From Bacteroidia bacterium (GTDB lineage Bacteria > Bacteroidota > Bacteroidia > M30B66), in NCBI GenBank assembly GCA_965279035.1, contig OZ257142.1, positions 2,080,001-2,144,000 on the forward strand: a stretch of 64,000 nucleotides of DNA, given 5' to 3'. Under the pieces are notes generated by a model that worked only from the letters and a program-made list of their open reading frames with translations, was not told where the DNA came from and made no database searches. A program made the translations under genes and the position numbers. Shown here piece after piece: positions 63,202 through 64,000 of the stretch; position 1 is the stretch's first letter; each line of letters opens with the position of its first letter.

Positions 63202-64000
63202 TTAAAATTGGATTTCAGACATATAACCTTGAAAAGAAACACGAAGCTTTTTTCCAGATGGATATGCTTTAATTGTGAATTGAACTGGGATTCTCTCATT
63301 AACTTTAATGACTGTATATTCATCCAGTCCACCTGTTGCATTTACAATGCAATAATACATGAGATAGTCAAGTCCTTCAGAATTAACTCCTATATATTTC
63401 TCATCGACTTCAATTTGAATAAACTCATTTAGTTCTCCTGATTCATCTGTAAGACTTGCTTTTTTAGTTTGAAAAGTAGGATTAATTATTTTTTCATCTA
63501 AAAATCGATTGGCAGATAATACACCATATCCATGAGCATAATCAAAATAGGGGTATAGGCTGGCACATTTTTGCAATTCGTCGAAAAGCTGCATGTTACT
63601 AAGTGAACGTTTTGCTTGCCAAGCACATGCAGCAAAACCGGCTGCAAGCGGACTTGCGAAAGAAGTTCCATCGGCATTACTTTCCCCATTTTCTTTCGCA
63701 CAAAATGCACGGCCTTGAGCGCAAACATTAGGTTTTAGACGCATATCGCGTGTTGGTCCATATGAACTAAACGAGATATGATAATCGCAACAAGGTTCAA
63801 TACCTCCAATGGTTAAAACAGAATCGGCATCAGCAGGAGCAGCAATAATTCTCCAGTTGCTATCGCCTTCGTTTCCTGCTGCGTTAACCACTAGCATTCC
63901 TTTCTTAGCTGCAAGGTTAGCACCTCGAGTGATGAAGGTAGTTTTACCATCCATTTGACGAGGGAAATAGCGAGAATCTGTATATCCTAAGGAACTGTTA
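63202..64000 (-). CDS. S8 (subtilisin-like) serine peptidase, 5' partial
   Basis: NAAGNEG, FSSYGPT, KPNV, GTSFASP catalytic Ser; frame runs off the window end. Confidence 0.92.
   Translation of the reverse strand, partial: NSSLGYTDSRYFPRQMDGKTTFITRGANLAAKKGMLVVNAAGNEGDSNWRIIAAPADADSVLTIGGIEPCCDYHISFSSYGPTRDMRLKPNVCAQGRAFCAKENGESNADGTSFASPLAAGFAACAWQAKRSLSNMQLFDELQKCASLYPYFDYAHGYGVLSANRFLDEKIINPTFQTKKASLTDESGELNEFIQIEVDEKYIGVNSEGLDYLMYYCIVNATGGLDEYTVIKVNERIPVQFTIKAYPSGKKLRVSFQGYMSEIQF

Overview
AT-rich Bacteroidota chromosome segment. The assignment rests on the type IX secretion/gliding genes gldJ, porU, porV, porX and a PorP-family gene, the LpxC-FabZ fusion, and TTTG-N19-TAnnTTTG promoters. 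Most of the window is core housekeeping: folC-tonB-exbD-exbB, anmK, murF, ispF, cdd, pdhA/pdhC, tsaE, the lpxD-lpxC/fabZ-lpxA operon, the tRNA-tuf-secE-nusG-rplKAJL-rpoBC cluster and a MarR-led beta-oxidation operon. The accessory part is about 3 kb downstream of tRNA-Val(TAC), at 2590-5670. A small GIY-YIG nuclease gene there, missed by the ORF track because of one in-frame stop, ends inside a copy of the tRNA-Val gene. In that copy the anticodon arm is swapped for a different hairpin and the tRNA terminator is duplicated as well. A second, more decayed GIY-YIG/tRNA-mimic unit lies about 2.7 kb further on. Between the two units is a secreted-protein gene split by an IS4 element with a 9-bp target duplication. 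Other notable items are a highly structured stand-alone small RNA candidate after the beta-oxidation operon, a four-helix-bundle (IVP/Avd-like) gene flanked by inverted heptamer arrays, a protein with a 70% acidic tail, a GC-rich REP/MITE-like insert and a HAD pseudogene. Family assignments come from motif recognition, not database searches.
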